From: a virus
Lineage: Duplodnaviria > Caudoviricetes
Virus record (IMG/VR): IMGVR_UViG_3300048575_000457
Coordinates: 1-54,128 of that record
Reading direction: 5' to 3' (one strand)
Length of the DNA: 54,128 bases
In this document: piece after piece, positions 18,434 through 28,165 of the stretch
Layout: each line of letters begins with the position of its first letter
Position numbering within the stretch: the first letter of the stretch is position 1
Notes under the pieces: generated by a model
Seen by the model: the letters and a program-made list of their open reading frames with translations, nothing else
Told to the model about the DNA's origin: nothing
The model's database searches: none
Translations under genes and position numbers: made by a program

Positions 18434-21400
18434 ATGGGATCGTCTGGAGTCCTCGACATAGTCGTCCGCGCCGAGACCGACGCGGCCCAAGCCAAGATGG
18501 ATCAACTGGCCCAGACGATCCAACAAAAGATCGCCCAGGAGGGCATCGCCGCTTTTGATACCTTCGCCGAGCAGTCGGAACGGGCGTTTGCCGGCATAGA
18601 AGTCGAGGCCGGCAAACGCATGGCCGGCGTGGAGCGGGCCTTTGATTCCCTGGGCGTCATGTCCGGCCGATCCTTCGAGTCCCAGGCGGCGGCCATCGTC
18701 GCCGCCTTTGAGCGGATCAAGGACGCTTCCGGCGAACTGGCCGGCGATGACGTGGCCCGGGCCAAGACCGCCATGGAAGCCCGGCTGGAGGCGCTCAAGA
18801 AGCGTTACGAGGAAATCGGCGGCGCGGCCAAGTCCGGGTTGGGGCAGGCCGAACAGGCGTCCCAGCAGTTGGACGGGGCCATGTCCCGCCTCGGCGTCCA
18901 GTCCTCGGCCCAGGTCAAGGCCCGCATCCAGGGCATCATCGCCGACTACCGGACGCTGAAGGACTCCGGCGTCCTCTCTGCGCAGCAGCTCAACACCGCC
19001 CACGGCAACATGGTGGCGGCCATCACCAAAGTCACGAACTCCTACCGCAACGCCAAGGCCGGGCAGGAGGGACACACCACGGCCGTGACCCGGGGACAGG
19101 CCGCCCTGGGCAACATGCGCGGCAGCCTGTCCGAACTGGTGTCCACCTATGTGTCGCTCTATGCCGCCCAGCGGGTTTTCACCTCCATCATCACCGCCTA
19201 CCGCGACGCCGACAAGGCGGCATTCAACCTGAAGTCCTCGGTCGCTTCCGCCAACCGGGAGTTTTCCAACACCGGCACGCTGGAGGATTGGCAGTCCCGG
19301 CTTTCCCGGCTGCATGAGGAATTGCAGGTCGTTTCCGAATCGGACTTGAGCGCCGCCGCCGCCAAGACCATCGACATGACCAAGCGGCTGGGCTTCTCCG
19401 CCGACCAGATGGAAGAGGTCATCCGCCGCACGGCCGACCTGTCGGCCGGGAAGATGGACTTGTCCGACGGCATCGAGCGCGTCACGGCGGCCATGCGCGG
19501 CGAGGCCGAAGCCTCGGAAATGCTGGGCCTGACCTTGAGTGAGACCTACGTCAAGGGCTGGCACGAGGCCCATAATGCCCAGGGCAAGGCCTGGGCCAGC
19601 CTCACCGACATGGAAAAGGCGCAAGTCCGGTTCCAGGTGTTCCTGCAACAGACCGCTTCCAATACCGGCAAGGCCGCCGAGAGCATCAACACTTTTGACG
19701 GCGCGCTGCGGGCCATCGGGGCGTCGTTGAGCGATTCCGTGGCCAAAAACGAGAATCTCCAAGGGGCGCTCAAGGAACTGGCCGAGTATTTCCGGGATAA
19801 CCGCCAGGAGATCGCCGAGTTCTCCGCCGTCATTGTCAACGCCGTGGCCTCGGTCATCAAGTTTGCGGTGCACAACAAGGAACTGGTCCTGGCCCTGGCC
19901 GGCCTGCTGGCCGCCGCCAAAACCGTCACGGTGTTGACCGACGCCTTCCTGGGGCTGGTGTATGCGGGAAGGATATTGAAGGAATTGAAGCTGGCTTCCA
20001 CTGTGGCCGGCTGGCTTTCCAAGTTCCCGGAAGTGGCGGCCGGACTGGCCAGGGTGGTGACCGGGGCCAAGACTGCCGCGGCGGCCATCATGGCCCTGGG
20101 GTCTGGACCGGTCGCGGCGATCCTGGCCTTGGTGGCGGCTGCGACCGGGGCCGGTCTGGCGATTGCCAAACTGTCCAAGGAACAGGCAGCAGCCAAGAAA
20201 ATATGGGATCAGGCGGCCGACACCCAGGAGAAGGCGGACGCGGCCATCCGCGAATACGCCCGGTCTCTCGGCTACGTTGTGGCTGATGAAGCGGATTTTC
20301 GGCAGCGGGTGACGGAAGGGTCCATTGATCTGAAGAAAAAAACCGCTGCAACCCAAGGCTTGTCCTCGGCCAACAAGGCCCTGGGCGAGAGCTACCAGGA
20401 CATCGGCGAACGCGGCAAAGCCAACCTGGAGCGGGTGGGGGAGGCGTATGATTTTGCCGCCAAACAGGCCAAGGCTTTGGCCGCCACGGAGAGCGAAGGG
20501 GCGGCCCGGGCTGTCGCCATCAATGAAGAGAAACACCGCACCCTGACCACTCTGGCCAAGTCCATCGCGGCGGACCAGATCGCGGCCATCAATTCCTCAA
20601 GCGCGGAGGAATCCGCCAAGGCCGATCAGACGGCCGGTGTCCACAAGCAGCTCAAGGAAACCCTCAAGGGTCTGCTTCAGGAGCGGATCAAGGATCTGCG
20701 ATCGGCCCTGGATGAGGCTATCTCCGAGGAAAAGCGTTACGCCCAGGTGGTCCGTGACAGCGAAAAGTCCACGGCCGATCTGCTCCGGGACATCCGCCGC
20801 GAGGGCATGGACTCCACACAAAAGTATTACGACATCAAGAAACAGGGCGCGGAGTTGGCGGCCGAAGCCGAGAAGCAGCTCGCCCTGGGGACGAAAGAAG
20901 GCATCGATAATGCCATAAAGCTGGCTACGGAAGGACAGTCCGTGGCTAAGTCCATGGTTTCGGCTGGCAAAGAAGCCGTTGGCCTTAATACGGCTATGGC
21001 GGACGCCAGTTCGTTGGCTTCCAGACTGGGCGAGGTGTTACAAAAGGCCGGAACGGAAGGGATGAAGCAATCCCACCAAGACGTGGAGACGCTGATTGAA
21101 AAACTCCAGCAGGCCAACAAGGAGATGGCCGAGCTTGAAAAGAAGAGCCTCAATATCCTTATTTCGGTAGACGCCAAGTCCGTCACCGAAGCCAAGGCCG
21201 CTATTGACGCTCTGGATGGCAAGAAGACGGAATCCACCCACGGCGTCACCGACAACACCGCCGACGTGCTGGCCGCCATCAACCGCCTCAACGGCCATGA
21301 CACGTCCTCGACCCACACGGTCTACAAGCGCGAGGTCTCCACCTACGCCACGGGCGGCGGCGTCCCCCGCGACGTGCCGGCCATGGTCATGCCGGGCGAG

Positions 21401-23329
21401 CGCGTCTTTGATCCCGACACGGCCGCTCGGTACGCGCCGCTGCTGCGCGCGGTCAATGCCCTGCAAATCCCGGCCTACGCCACGGGCGGGCTGGTGTTCC
21501 GGCCGTTTATCCGGGGCATGGTGCCGGGCGTGGGCGACGAAGACAGCGAACCGGTCATGCTCAAGGAAGGTTCCTTCGTGGTCCGCAAGGCGGCGGTGGC
21601 CCGGCACGGGGCCTTGCTCGACGCCATCCAGGCCGGCGGCGTCCGGGGCTATGCTTCGGGCGGCTTCGTGCTGCCGGACTGGGTCAACCGGTTGTACCAG
21701 CCGTGTTTTGCGACGCTGCCCGCCGATCCCGTGGCGCCCACGCCGCTTTCCGTGTCCCTGGCTGTGCCGGCCGCTTTCCGGGCCATGACCACGCCTGTGG
21801 CCGGCCCGGCCGGGGGGATGACGTCTCGCGGCGCGGCGGCCGTATCGCGCCTGGACGGCCTGCGCCAGTCCGGGGCGCTCAAATTCGCTTCGGGCGGCAG
21901 CCTCGACGAGACCCTGGCCGACATCGCTCTGGAGCGCCGCCGCACCCAGCAGGACTACGACGAGGCGGTTTCCGACGCCAAGGCCAGCCACGACGACGGC
22001 CTGGCCGCGCTGCTGGCCCAGGAGCGCGACGATCTCGACGCCATCGCCGCCACCCTGGCCGACGCCCTGGCCCAGCTGCAAGCGGCCCTGGCCGAGGCGC
22101 AAACCGCTTACGCCACGGCCCTGGCCGAGGCCGACGCAGCCAAGAAGGAGGCCGACGCGGCCGCCCAGACAAGCTACGCCGAGTCCGCAGCCGAGGAAAA
22201 AGCCGAGTGGGAGGAGAAAAAGGCCGAGCTGGCCGCCGCCGTCAAGGAGGCCCAGGACGCCTATGCGGCCTGGAAGAAAAAGGGCCAAGACGAAAAGCCG
22301 GGCTACGGCGTCTCGACGTTCAGCGCCTCCAACGGGCTGGTCCACAATTCGTCGCGCACCAAGCAGGTGGTGTGGAAGGACTACAGCGAGTCGGGGCAAA
22401 AAGCCCTGGCCGACTACGAGGCCGAGGGCAAGGACCTGCGCCAGGCTGTCGCCGCCGCGCAAAAAGAGCTGGCGTCCCTGGGGAATTTCCGGGTCTCCGA
22501 CGACACCACCGAGGCGCTGGCCGACGCCCTGGCCGAGGCCAAGACCGAATTGGCCGCGTCCAAGTCCTCGGCCCTGTCGGAGTATCAGTCGGCCGTGGCC
22601 GAGGACGCCGCCGGCAAGGCCGAGGCGACGACCCAGGCCGCCGCCGACACGGCCACGGCCCAGGACCAAGCCAAGGCCGACGCCGCCGAGCTGGACAAGG
22701 AAATGGCCGACACCCTGGCCGGCCTCAAAAAGGATTTCGACCGGGCCATGGAAGACCTCGCCATCGAGGAGGCCCGGGCCCGGGCCAATGCCGACGAAGA
22801 GAAGGGCTACACGGTCAGCGGCTTCAGCCAATGGCTGCGCGACGGCGGCCCGGTCTCGCTGGCGAACCTGCGGCGCTACGCGGCCGGCGGTTTTGTCGGC
22901 GCGCCCGGCCTGCTGGGCCGGCTGGCCCGGTTCGCCGGCGGCGGTGAAGTGCCGGCCGTTCCCGGCAGCGTGGCCGGCCAGGATTCGGTCCTGGCCGCGC
23001 TGACCCCGGGCGAGGGCGTCATCAACCCCCAGGCCATGGGCCGCCTCATTTCCGGCCGCGCCTTGGCCGCGCTGAATAACCTCGACTATCTCGATTTTCT
23101 GGATGAGCTGCCGCGCTACCGCGACGGCGGCGTGGTCGGCGGGGCCAAGGCCGCCAAGGAAGCCGTGGCCGGGTTGTCGTCCGTGGCGTCCGGAGACGGC
23201 GGCGGGCAGAGCTACACCGCAACCCTGAACCTCAACGTCGGCGGCAAGACGTTCCAGGCCCGGGCAAAAAACGATGTCGCCCGGGATCTGGCGGCCACGC
23301 TGCGCCGCCACGGGGTGAACGTGAAATGA
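18434..23329 (+). CDS. Tail tape measure protein
   Basis: 1631 aa, Ala-rich coiled coil, central hydrophobic segments, repeated (Y/F)A.GG motifs with DS.P.ML..G.FV. Confidence 0.92.
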   Translation: MGSSGVLDIVVRAETDAAQAKMDQLAQTIQQKIAQEGIAAFDTFAEQSERAFAGIEVEAGKRMAGVERAFDSLGVMSGRSFESQAAAIVAAFERIKDASGELAGDDVARAKTAMEARLEALKKRYEEIGGAAKSGLGQAEQASQQLDGAMSRLGVQSSAQVKARIQGIIADYRTLKDSGVLSAQQLNTAHGNMVAAITKVTNSYRNAKAGQEGHTTAVTRGQAALGNMRGSLSELVSTYVSLYAAQRVFTSIITAYRDADKAAFNLKSSVASANREFSNTGTLEDWQSRLSRLHEELQVVSESDLSAAAAKTIDMTKRLGFSADQMEEVIRRTADLSAGKMDLSDGIERVTAAMRGEAEASEMLGLTLSETYVKGWHEAHNAQGKAWASLTDMEKAQVRFQVFLQQTASNTGKAAESINTFDGALRAIGASLSDSVAKNENLQGALKELAEYFRDNRQEIAEFSAVIVNAVASVIKFAVHNKELVLALAGLLAAAKTVTVLTDAFLGLVYAGRILKELKLASTVAGWLSKFPEVAAGLARVVTGAKTAAAAIMALGSGPVAAILALVAAATGAGLAIAKLSKEQAAAKKIWDQAADTQEKADAAIREYARSLGYVVADEADFRQRVTEGSIDLKKKTAATQGLSSANKALGESYQDIGERGKANLERVGEAYDFAAKQAKALAATESEGAARAVAINEEKHRTLTTLAKSIAADQIAAINSSSAEESAKADQTAGVHKQLKETLKGLLQERIKDLRSALDEAISEEKRYAQVVRDSEKSTADLLRDIRREGMDSTQKYYDIKKQGAELAAEAEKQLALGTKEGIDNAIKLATEGQSVAKSMVSAGKEAVGLNTAMADASSLASRLGEVLQKAGTEGMKQSHQDVETLIEKLQQANKEMAELEKKSLNILISVDAKSVTEAKAAIDALDGKKTESTHGVTDNTADVLAAINRLNGHDTSSTHTVYKREVSTYATGGGVPRDVPAMVMPGERVFDPDTAARYAPLLRAVNALQIPAYATGGLVFRPFIRGMVPGVGDEDSEPVMLKEGSFVVRKAAVARHGALLDAIQAGGVRGYASGGFVLPDWVNRLYQPCFATLPADPVAPTPLSVSLAVPAAFRAMTTPVAGPAGGMTSRGAAAVSRLDGLRQSGALKFASGGSLDETLADIALERRRTQQDYDEAVSDAKASHDDGLAALLAQERDDLDAIAATLADALAQLQAALAEAQTAYATALAEADAAKKEADAAAQTSYAESAAEEKAEWEEKKAELAAAVKEAQDAYAAWKKKGQDEKPGYGVSTFSASNGLVHNSSRTKQVVWKDYSESGQKALADYEAEGKDLRQAVAAAQKELASLGNFRVSDDTTEALADALAEAKTELAASKSSALSEYQSAVAEDAAGKAEATTQAAADTATAQDQAKADAAELDKEMADTLAGLKKDFDRAMEDLAIEEARARANADEEKGYTVSGFSQWLRDGGPVSLANLRRYAAGGFVGAPGLLGRLARFAGGGEVPAVPGSVAGQDSVLAALTPGEGVINPQAMGRLISGRALAALNNLDYLDFLDELPRYRDGGVVGGAKAAKEAVAGLSSVASGDGGGQSYTATLNLNVGGKTFQARAKNDVARDLAATLRRHGVNVK

Positions 23330-23709
23330 CCATCACCCTGGACGCCCTGACCCTGCCTGACGACCTCGTCTGGATCAACGAGTTCGGCCCGTTGCCCGTG
23401 GCCGTGTCCCAGGCCCGGACCCTCACCGGCCGACTGGTGGTCACCGAAACAGGACTGACAGCCGGCCGGCCCATTGATCTGGGCGACGAATCGGCCTGGA
23501 TCACCCGGGCCGACTTGCTCACACTCCAGTCCTGGGCCTCTTCGCCGGGCTGGTCCGGCCGGCTCACGCTCCACGATGGCCGGGCCTTCGACGTCCGCTT
23601 CCGCTCCCAGGAAGAAAACGCCCTCGAAGTGGTGGGCCTGCGTGCCCTGGCCGATCCCGGCGACGCCGACCGCTACCAGCTCATCGGCCTGCGCCTGGAG
23701 ACGGTGTAA
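23326..23709 (+). CDS. Distal tail-like protein
   Basis: Coupled to TMP; LPDDLVWINEF...RTLTGRLVV...GRPIDL...WITR. Confidence 0.7.
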   Translation: MTITLDALTLPDDLVWINEFGPLPVAVSQARTLTGRLVVTETGLTAGRPIDLGDESAWITRADLLTLQSWASSPGWSGRLTLHDGRAFDVRFRSQEENALEVVGLRALADPGDADRYQLIGLRLETV

Positions 23710-23714
23710 CCGCC

Positions 23715-24584
23715 ATGACGCTGCAAACCATGCTCATTCCCATCGGCGACGACGCGGATTGCCCGTCCGTGCTGCTGGAATTCCCGGAACAGTCCGTGGA
23801 CCCTGGCGAACCCATCGTCATCCGGGCATGGGCCCCGGCCCCGGAGATGCTCGACGAGCTGACGCTGGTGGCCGGCCTGGCCAGCCTGGGCCACGGCCGG
23901 CCCAACGTCTGGCCCGGCCAGACGACATGCGCCTATTTCGACTTCGACGGCGGCGACCTCAAGGCCCAGCAATTTTCCTATCCGATTTCAGCCGTCACCC
24001 GCGTCACGGCGTTTTCGGCCCTGCAACTCGTATCCGAGGCCGGCGACGTGTCCACCCTGGCCCCGGCCGGGGAGGACGTGACCGCGTTGTTCCATCGGCG
24101 CGGCTACTCCTGCCTCATGCCGGCCGCCGCCCTGGCCGGACTCACCGGCACGGTCCACGCCGTGGCCGCGCGCTGCCCGCACTGCCGGGAATGGTCCTGG
24201 ACCGCCCCGGCGCAACCGACCGGCGCGCAATGGTTTTTTGTCTACGACGCCGGAAAGCTCAAGCGACGCTTTAGCCTTTCGCTTTCCGAAGACCCGGCCG
24301 ACACGTCCATCGCCTACACCGACGTCAAGGTGCGGGTCATCGACCGCCGCACGGCCGGGGCCGTGCTCGGGGCCGATGTCTGGATCAATGGCGCGTGGGT
24401 CGGAAAAACAAACATGACTTACGGTTACGTCAAGGTGCTGCGCCACCTGTCCGGGACCTATCCGCTGCGCATCGCCAAGAGCGGCTATACCGACAGCAAC
24501 GCCGACGGCTACGGCGACAACGACGCCATCACCATCCCGCCCGACGGCGGCGAGGTGCGGGTCAAGATCGGGAACGAGGGCTGA
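23715..24584 (+). CDS. Tail-associated protein (C-terminal PEGA-like beta domain)
   Basis: GADVWING...GTYPLRIAKSGY; N-terminal domain paralogous to next gene. Confidence 0.6.
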   Translation: MTLQTMLIPIGDDADCPSVLLEFPEQSVDPGEPIVIRAWAPAPEMLDELTLVAGLASLGHGRPNVWPGQTTCAYFDFDGGDLKAQQFSYPISAVTRVTAFSALQLVSEAGDVSTLAPAGEDVTALFHRRGYSCLMPAAALAGLTGTVHAVAARCPHCREWSWTAPAQPTGAQWFFVYDAGKLKRRFSLSLSEDPADTSIAYTDVKVRVIDRRTAGAVLGADVWINGAWVGKTNMTYGYVKVLRHLSGTYPLRIAKSGYTDSNADGYGDNDAITIPPDGGEVRVKIGNEG

Positions 24585-24586
24585 CC

Positions 24587-26212
24587 ATGGCGCTGCAAAC
24601 CATGCTTATCCCCTTTTCCGCCTCGGGCCAGGACAACGGCGGCCCAAAGCTGGACGTGCCGGCGCAGGCCGTCAATCCCGGCGAGGCCGTGCGCATCTAC
24701 CTGTGGGGCCGGGACGCGGCGGCGCTGACCGGCTACACCCTGACCCAGGGAGCCACGCCGCTCGGGGCCGGGGCGCTCATGGAGTTTTCCGGCCAGACCA
24801 CCGCGCCGGTCATGGAGCTCATCGGCACGGCCACGGGCAAGGCGTTCGATTGGCCCGTCCAATCGTTGGTTTCGGTGGTCGCCCTGGGCACGCTGTATCA
24901 GGTGGACGGCAATGCCGTGGCCGTGGTGGCCCTGCCCGGCGAGGACGTGACCCGGCATTTCCGGCTGTCCGGCAATCTGCTGGTCCCGGCCGTGAACGCG
25001 CCATTGCTCGTCGGTTCGGTGGTGGCCACGGCCCGGCGCTCGCCGCACTGCCGGGTCTGGTCCTGGACCGCCCCGGCCAGCATCCGGCCCGGCGAGCCGT
25101 CCGGGCTGTGCCCCGATGATTTCGAGGAACGCGACGCGGAGGATTTCTGGTTTTTCCTGATGCGTTTCGGCGCGTTGCAGGAGGATTTTTCCCTGTCCCT
25201 GTCCATCCCCGGCCGCACCGGCTCGGACCTGCCATGCCGCTGGTCCACCAGCCTGCGCGACATCCTGTTTGCCGACGCCAACCGGCTGCGCGGCCTGTAT
25301 CGGGCCTGCAATTTCGACGACGAGGCCGTGGACACGTTCGAAGACGCCTGGGCCGACGACTCGGGCTACGGCAACACGCTCGGCGTTCTGGAAGGCTACG
25401 CCTACGTCGGCGGCCGGATCAAACGGCCGTTGGACATGACCTGCCTGCGCCTGGAGAGCTACGAACAGGAGCTGCACCCCGACGATCCGGCCAACTACGT
25501 CGGCCACTACGTCGCCGGCTGGGACGCCATGCCGGCCATGCAGGGCTACGAGACCGGCGAGCGCACCTACTTCTTCGTGTTTTCCTACGGTCCCCGCCGC
25601 AGCGGCGAAGGCTTCGGCATCTTCCTGGCCGGCCTGAACGTCGGCCTGTCGCCGGCCACCGGCCTGTCATATCTGGCCGTGGACGGTCTGGCCGGCCGGC
25701 TCCATGAAACCGCCCTGGCCGCCAACACTTTTACTGGCGGCTTGCTCGTCCTGGCCGTGCGCTTCGCCTGCGGCGGCGGCCTGGAGGCGCGGCTCAACGG
25801 CGCGGCCCTGGCCGCCGGATCGGTGGCGGCCGGCGGGCTGCCCCTGGAGGCGGACATGGGGGTGAGCGCCATTCCCAGCGTCTCCCCCCTCGACCTTTAC
25901 GCTCTCATCGCCTGCGACGCCCGGATGAACGACGCGGATTTCCTCGCCGTGGAGGCTGGCCTCATGGACTATTACGGTTTGTCCGAAACCGGGGATTGCG
26001 GTTGGACGGCCTTGGATGAGGCTTGGCTGACCGCCGAGAGCCGGGGGCTGGTGGGGCTGTTTCGGAGTTGCGCCCTGTCGTCCGGCCAAATCGCGCAGTG
26101 GCCGGACGAATCCGGGACAGGCAATCGTCTGTCGTCAACCGGCGATGCCGCGCCTGTGGCCGGGAACGGGCTGGTGGTTTTCGACCTCGGTGCGCAAGGA
26201 GAGGAGGGCTGA
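24587..26212 (+). CDS. Tail-associated protein (possible LamG/lectin-like domain)
   Basis: WADDSGYGN and WPDESGTGN motifs, RLNG...VEAGLMDYYGL. Confidence 0.55.
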   Translation: MALQTMLIPFSASGQDNGGPKLDVPAQAVNPGEAVRIYLWGRDAAALTGYTLTQGATPLGAGALMEFSGQTTAPVMELIGTATGKAFDWPVQSLVSVVALGTLYQVDGNAVAVVALPGEDVTRHFRLSGNLLVPAVNAPLLVGSVVATARRSPHCRVWSWTAPASIRPGEPSGLCPDDFEERDAEDFWFFLMRFGALQEDFSLSLSIPGRTGSDLPCRWSTSLRDILFADANRLRGLYRACNFDDEAVDTFEDAWADDSGYGNTLGVLEGYAYVGGRIKRPLDMTCLRLESYEQELHPDDPANYVGHYVAGWDAMPAMQGYETGERTYFFVFSYGPRRSGEGFGIFLAGLNVGLSPATGLSYLAVDGLAGRLHETALAANTFTGGLLVLAVRFACGGGLEARLNGAALAAGSVAAGGLPLEADMGVSAIPSVSPLDLYALIACDARMNDADFLAVEAGLMDYYGLSETGDCGWTALDEAWLTAESRGLVGLFRSCALSSGQIAQWPDESGTGNRLSSTGDAAPVAGNGLVVFDLGAQGEEG

Positions 26213-26739
26213 TGCCGCTTGTCTGGAGCGAAACCTATCGCCTGACCCAGGAATCGCCGGCCGGGGTTGCCGGCTGGCCCATGACCGCCGTGCTGGCGTT
26301 TTCAGTTTCGGGCAACGCCCGGACCGAATTTCACCTTGGCCGGCTGCGGTTTCTCATCTGGCAGACGACCATGGCTGGAAACACCTGGGCCGCGCCGTTT
26401 CTCAACGCCGATCTGGCCGTGGATTACTTTCTCCCCGACGTGTTCATTCCTTCGGACTTTGCCCAGATGGGTTTGCTGACCGTCCGCATGGACGCGTCCC
26501 GGGTGCTGACCCTGCGCAAGAACGGCGAACAACGCGGGCAAACGATTGTTGATGCCGTGTCGGACGCAGCCTGGAATGCGGATTTGCCCCTGGGCGTGTC
26601 CATGTCCCAGGTTGTCGGCGATCCGGCCGACGCCGTGCTCTCCATCGCCCATATGGCCATTTTCGACACGGCCCTGTCCGACGACGATTGCTTCGCCGTG
26701 GAAACCATGCTCGCCCAATACAGTGGAGTGACTCTATGA
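26212..26739 (+). CDS. Tail-associated protein (LamG-like C-terminal half)
   Basis: LRKNGEQ...IAHMAIFDTALSD...VETML. Confidence 0.55.
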   Translation: MPLVWSETYRLTQESPAGVAGWPMTAVLAFSVSGNARTEFHLGRLRFLIWQTTMAGNTWAAPFLNADLAVDYFLPDVFIPSDFAQMGLLTVRMDASRVLTLRKNGEQRGQTIVDAVSDAAWNADLPLGVSMSQVVGDPADAVLSIAHMAIFDTALSDDDCFAVETMLAQYSGVTL

Positions 26740-27710
26740 CCACCAACGCCGACCTCATTATCCGCCACGCCGCCGTGCGCACGGACACGTCCGCCTGTGG
26801 CGGCCGCATGTCCAAGACCGCCGTGGCCGAAGCCGTGGCCCAAAACATGCTCCGGGACTGGACCCTGGCCGAGTGCCAGGCCGGCGGCCAGCAGTTGCGC
26901 AAATTTTACCTGCATGTGGTCGCGGCCGAGGGTTTGGCCGATGCCGGCGTTTTTCTCCTGGGCCAGACCCTGGCCGACGACCGGGTGACGCTGTTCGCCG
27001 GCACGCCGTCGGACACCGTGGGCACTCTGGCCGCCTCGCCCACGGAGTACGGGGCCGGGGCGCTGCAATCCGCTGTAGCCGCCGGCGCGACCAGCTTTGC
27101 CGTGGTCATGGAAGCGGCCGCGCCCGTGATTTTCCGCGGCGGCGACACGATCCTCCTGCGCGACGGGACCAACGAGGAGCGCCACGACAACGTCACGGTG
27201 GCCGTGTCCGGCAGCGTGGCCACCATCACCCTGGCCGACGGCGACATGGTGGCCTACGCCTTCGCCGCCGGCGCGGCCGTGTGTTCGCGCCTGCCCCTGG
27301 GCGACATCCAGGCCGCCGTCGGCACGCCCGAGCTGACCACCGTGGCCGGGACCCTGGATGAGTCCCAGATGACCGCCTCGGCCCTGAGCGCCATCGACCA
27401 GACCGTGACCCTGACGTTCACTAGCCCCACGGCGTTCTCGGCCGTGTCCGACGTCAAGGGGGCGCTCGGAACCGGCGGCATCGGCGCGGCCTTTGCCCCG
27501 GTCAACCCCGATTTCACGGCCCCATATTTCACCATTCCGGCGGCGGCCTGGGGCGGGGTCTGGGCCGCCGGCCAGGTGGTGCGGTTCACGGTGGCCGCAG
27601 CCGCCGCCGCGTTCTGGCTGCGCGGCGTGCTGCCGGCCGGCGCTGGCGGCACGGCCGGCGTGACCGGCGCGGACCGGTTTACGCTCTATCCCCACGGCTC
27701 GGGGTTCTAG
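26736..27710 (+). CDS. Phage structural protein (tail region)
   Basis: GGRMS, RKFYLHV, AFWLR..LPAG motifs; ATGA-coupled. Confidence 0.65.
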   Translation: MTTNADLIIRHAAVRTDTSACGGRMSKTAVAEAVAQNMLRDWTLAECQAGGQQLRKFYLHVVAAEGLADAGVFLLGQTLADDRVTLFAGTPSDTVGTLAASPTEYGAGALQSAVAAGATSFAVVMEAAAPVIFRGGDTILLRDGTNEERHDNVTVAVSGSVATITLADGDMVAYAFAAGAAVCSRLPLGDIQAAVGTPELTTVAGTLDESQMTASALSAIDQTVTLTFTSPTAFSAVSDVKGALGTGGIGAAFAPVNPDFTAPYFTIPAAAWGGVWAAGQVVRFTVAAAAAAFWLRGVLPAGAGGTAGVTGADRFTLYPHGSGF

Positions 27711-27719
27711 GAGGCGACC

Positions 27720-28157
27720 ATGGCATCGCACAGCGCGCTTTACCATCATATCGTGGAGTTGCTGGGGACCGGCAATCTGCCATGGGGAACCGACACCCTG
27801 AAACTGGCTCTGTTGGACTCGTCCTATGCTTTTAACGCCGAGCACGTGGCATTTGCCGACGTGGCCGCCGCCGAAATCAGCGGCACGGGGTATACGTCCG
27901 GTGGGTTCGCCCTGTCCAACCTGACCCGGCCCCGCACGGCCGGCGTGGTCCTGCTCTCGGCCGACGCCCTGACCATCACCGGTCTGACGGCCACGTTCCG
28001 CAGCGGCGTGGTCTATGCCGACGCCACACGGGGCGGCGTGGTCCAGCCGCTGCTCAAATACCTGCTGTTCGACGCGTCCCCGGCCGACATAGTACTGGCC
28101 GGCGAGGATTATCCCCTCCAGTGGCCCGGCGGCCTGGTCCGTCTGGCCGTGAGTTAG
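27720..28157 (+). CDS. Phage structural protein
   Basis: DTLKLALL...EISGTGYTSGG virion-protein motif; RBS AGGAGG. Confidence 0.7.
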   Translation: MASHSALYHHIVELLGTGNLPWGTDTLKLALLDSSYAFNAEHVAFADVAAAEISGTGYTSGGFALSNLTRPRTAGVVLLSADALTITGLTATFRSGVVYADATRGGVVQPLLKYLLFDASPADIVLAGEDYPLQWPGGLVRLAVS

Positions 28158-28165
28158 GGCTCTCC

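Noticed and set aside
17792-23311. Long minus-strand ORFs (914 and 757 aa), and similar ones opposite TerL, portal and dnaB
   Set aside because: Codon-aligned antisense shadows of well-supported genes in high-GC3 DNA
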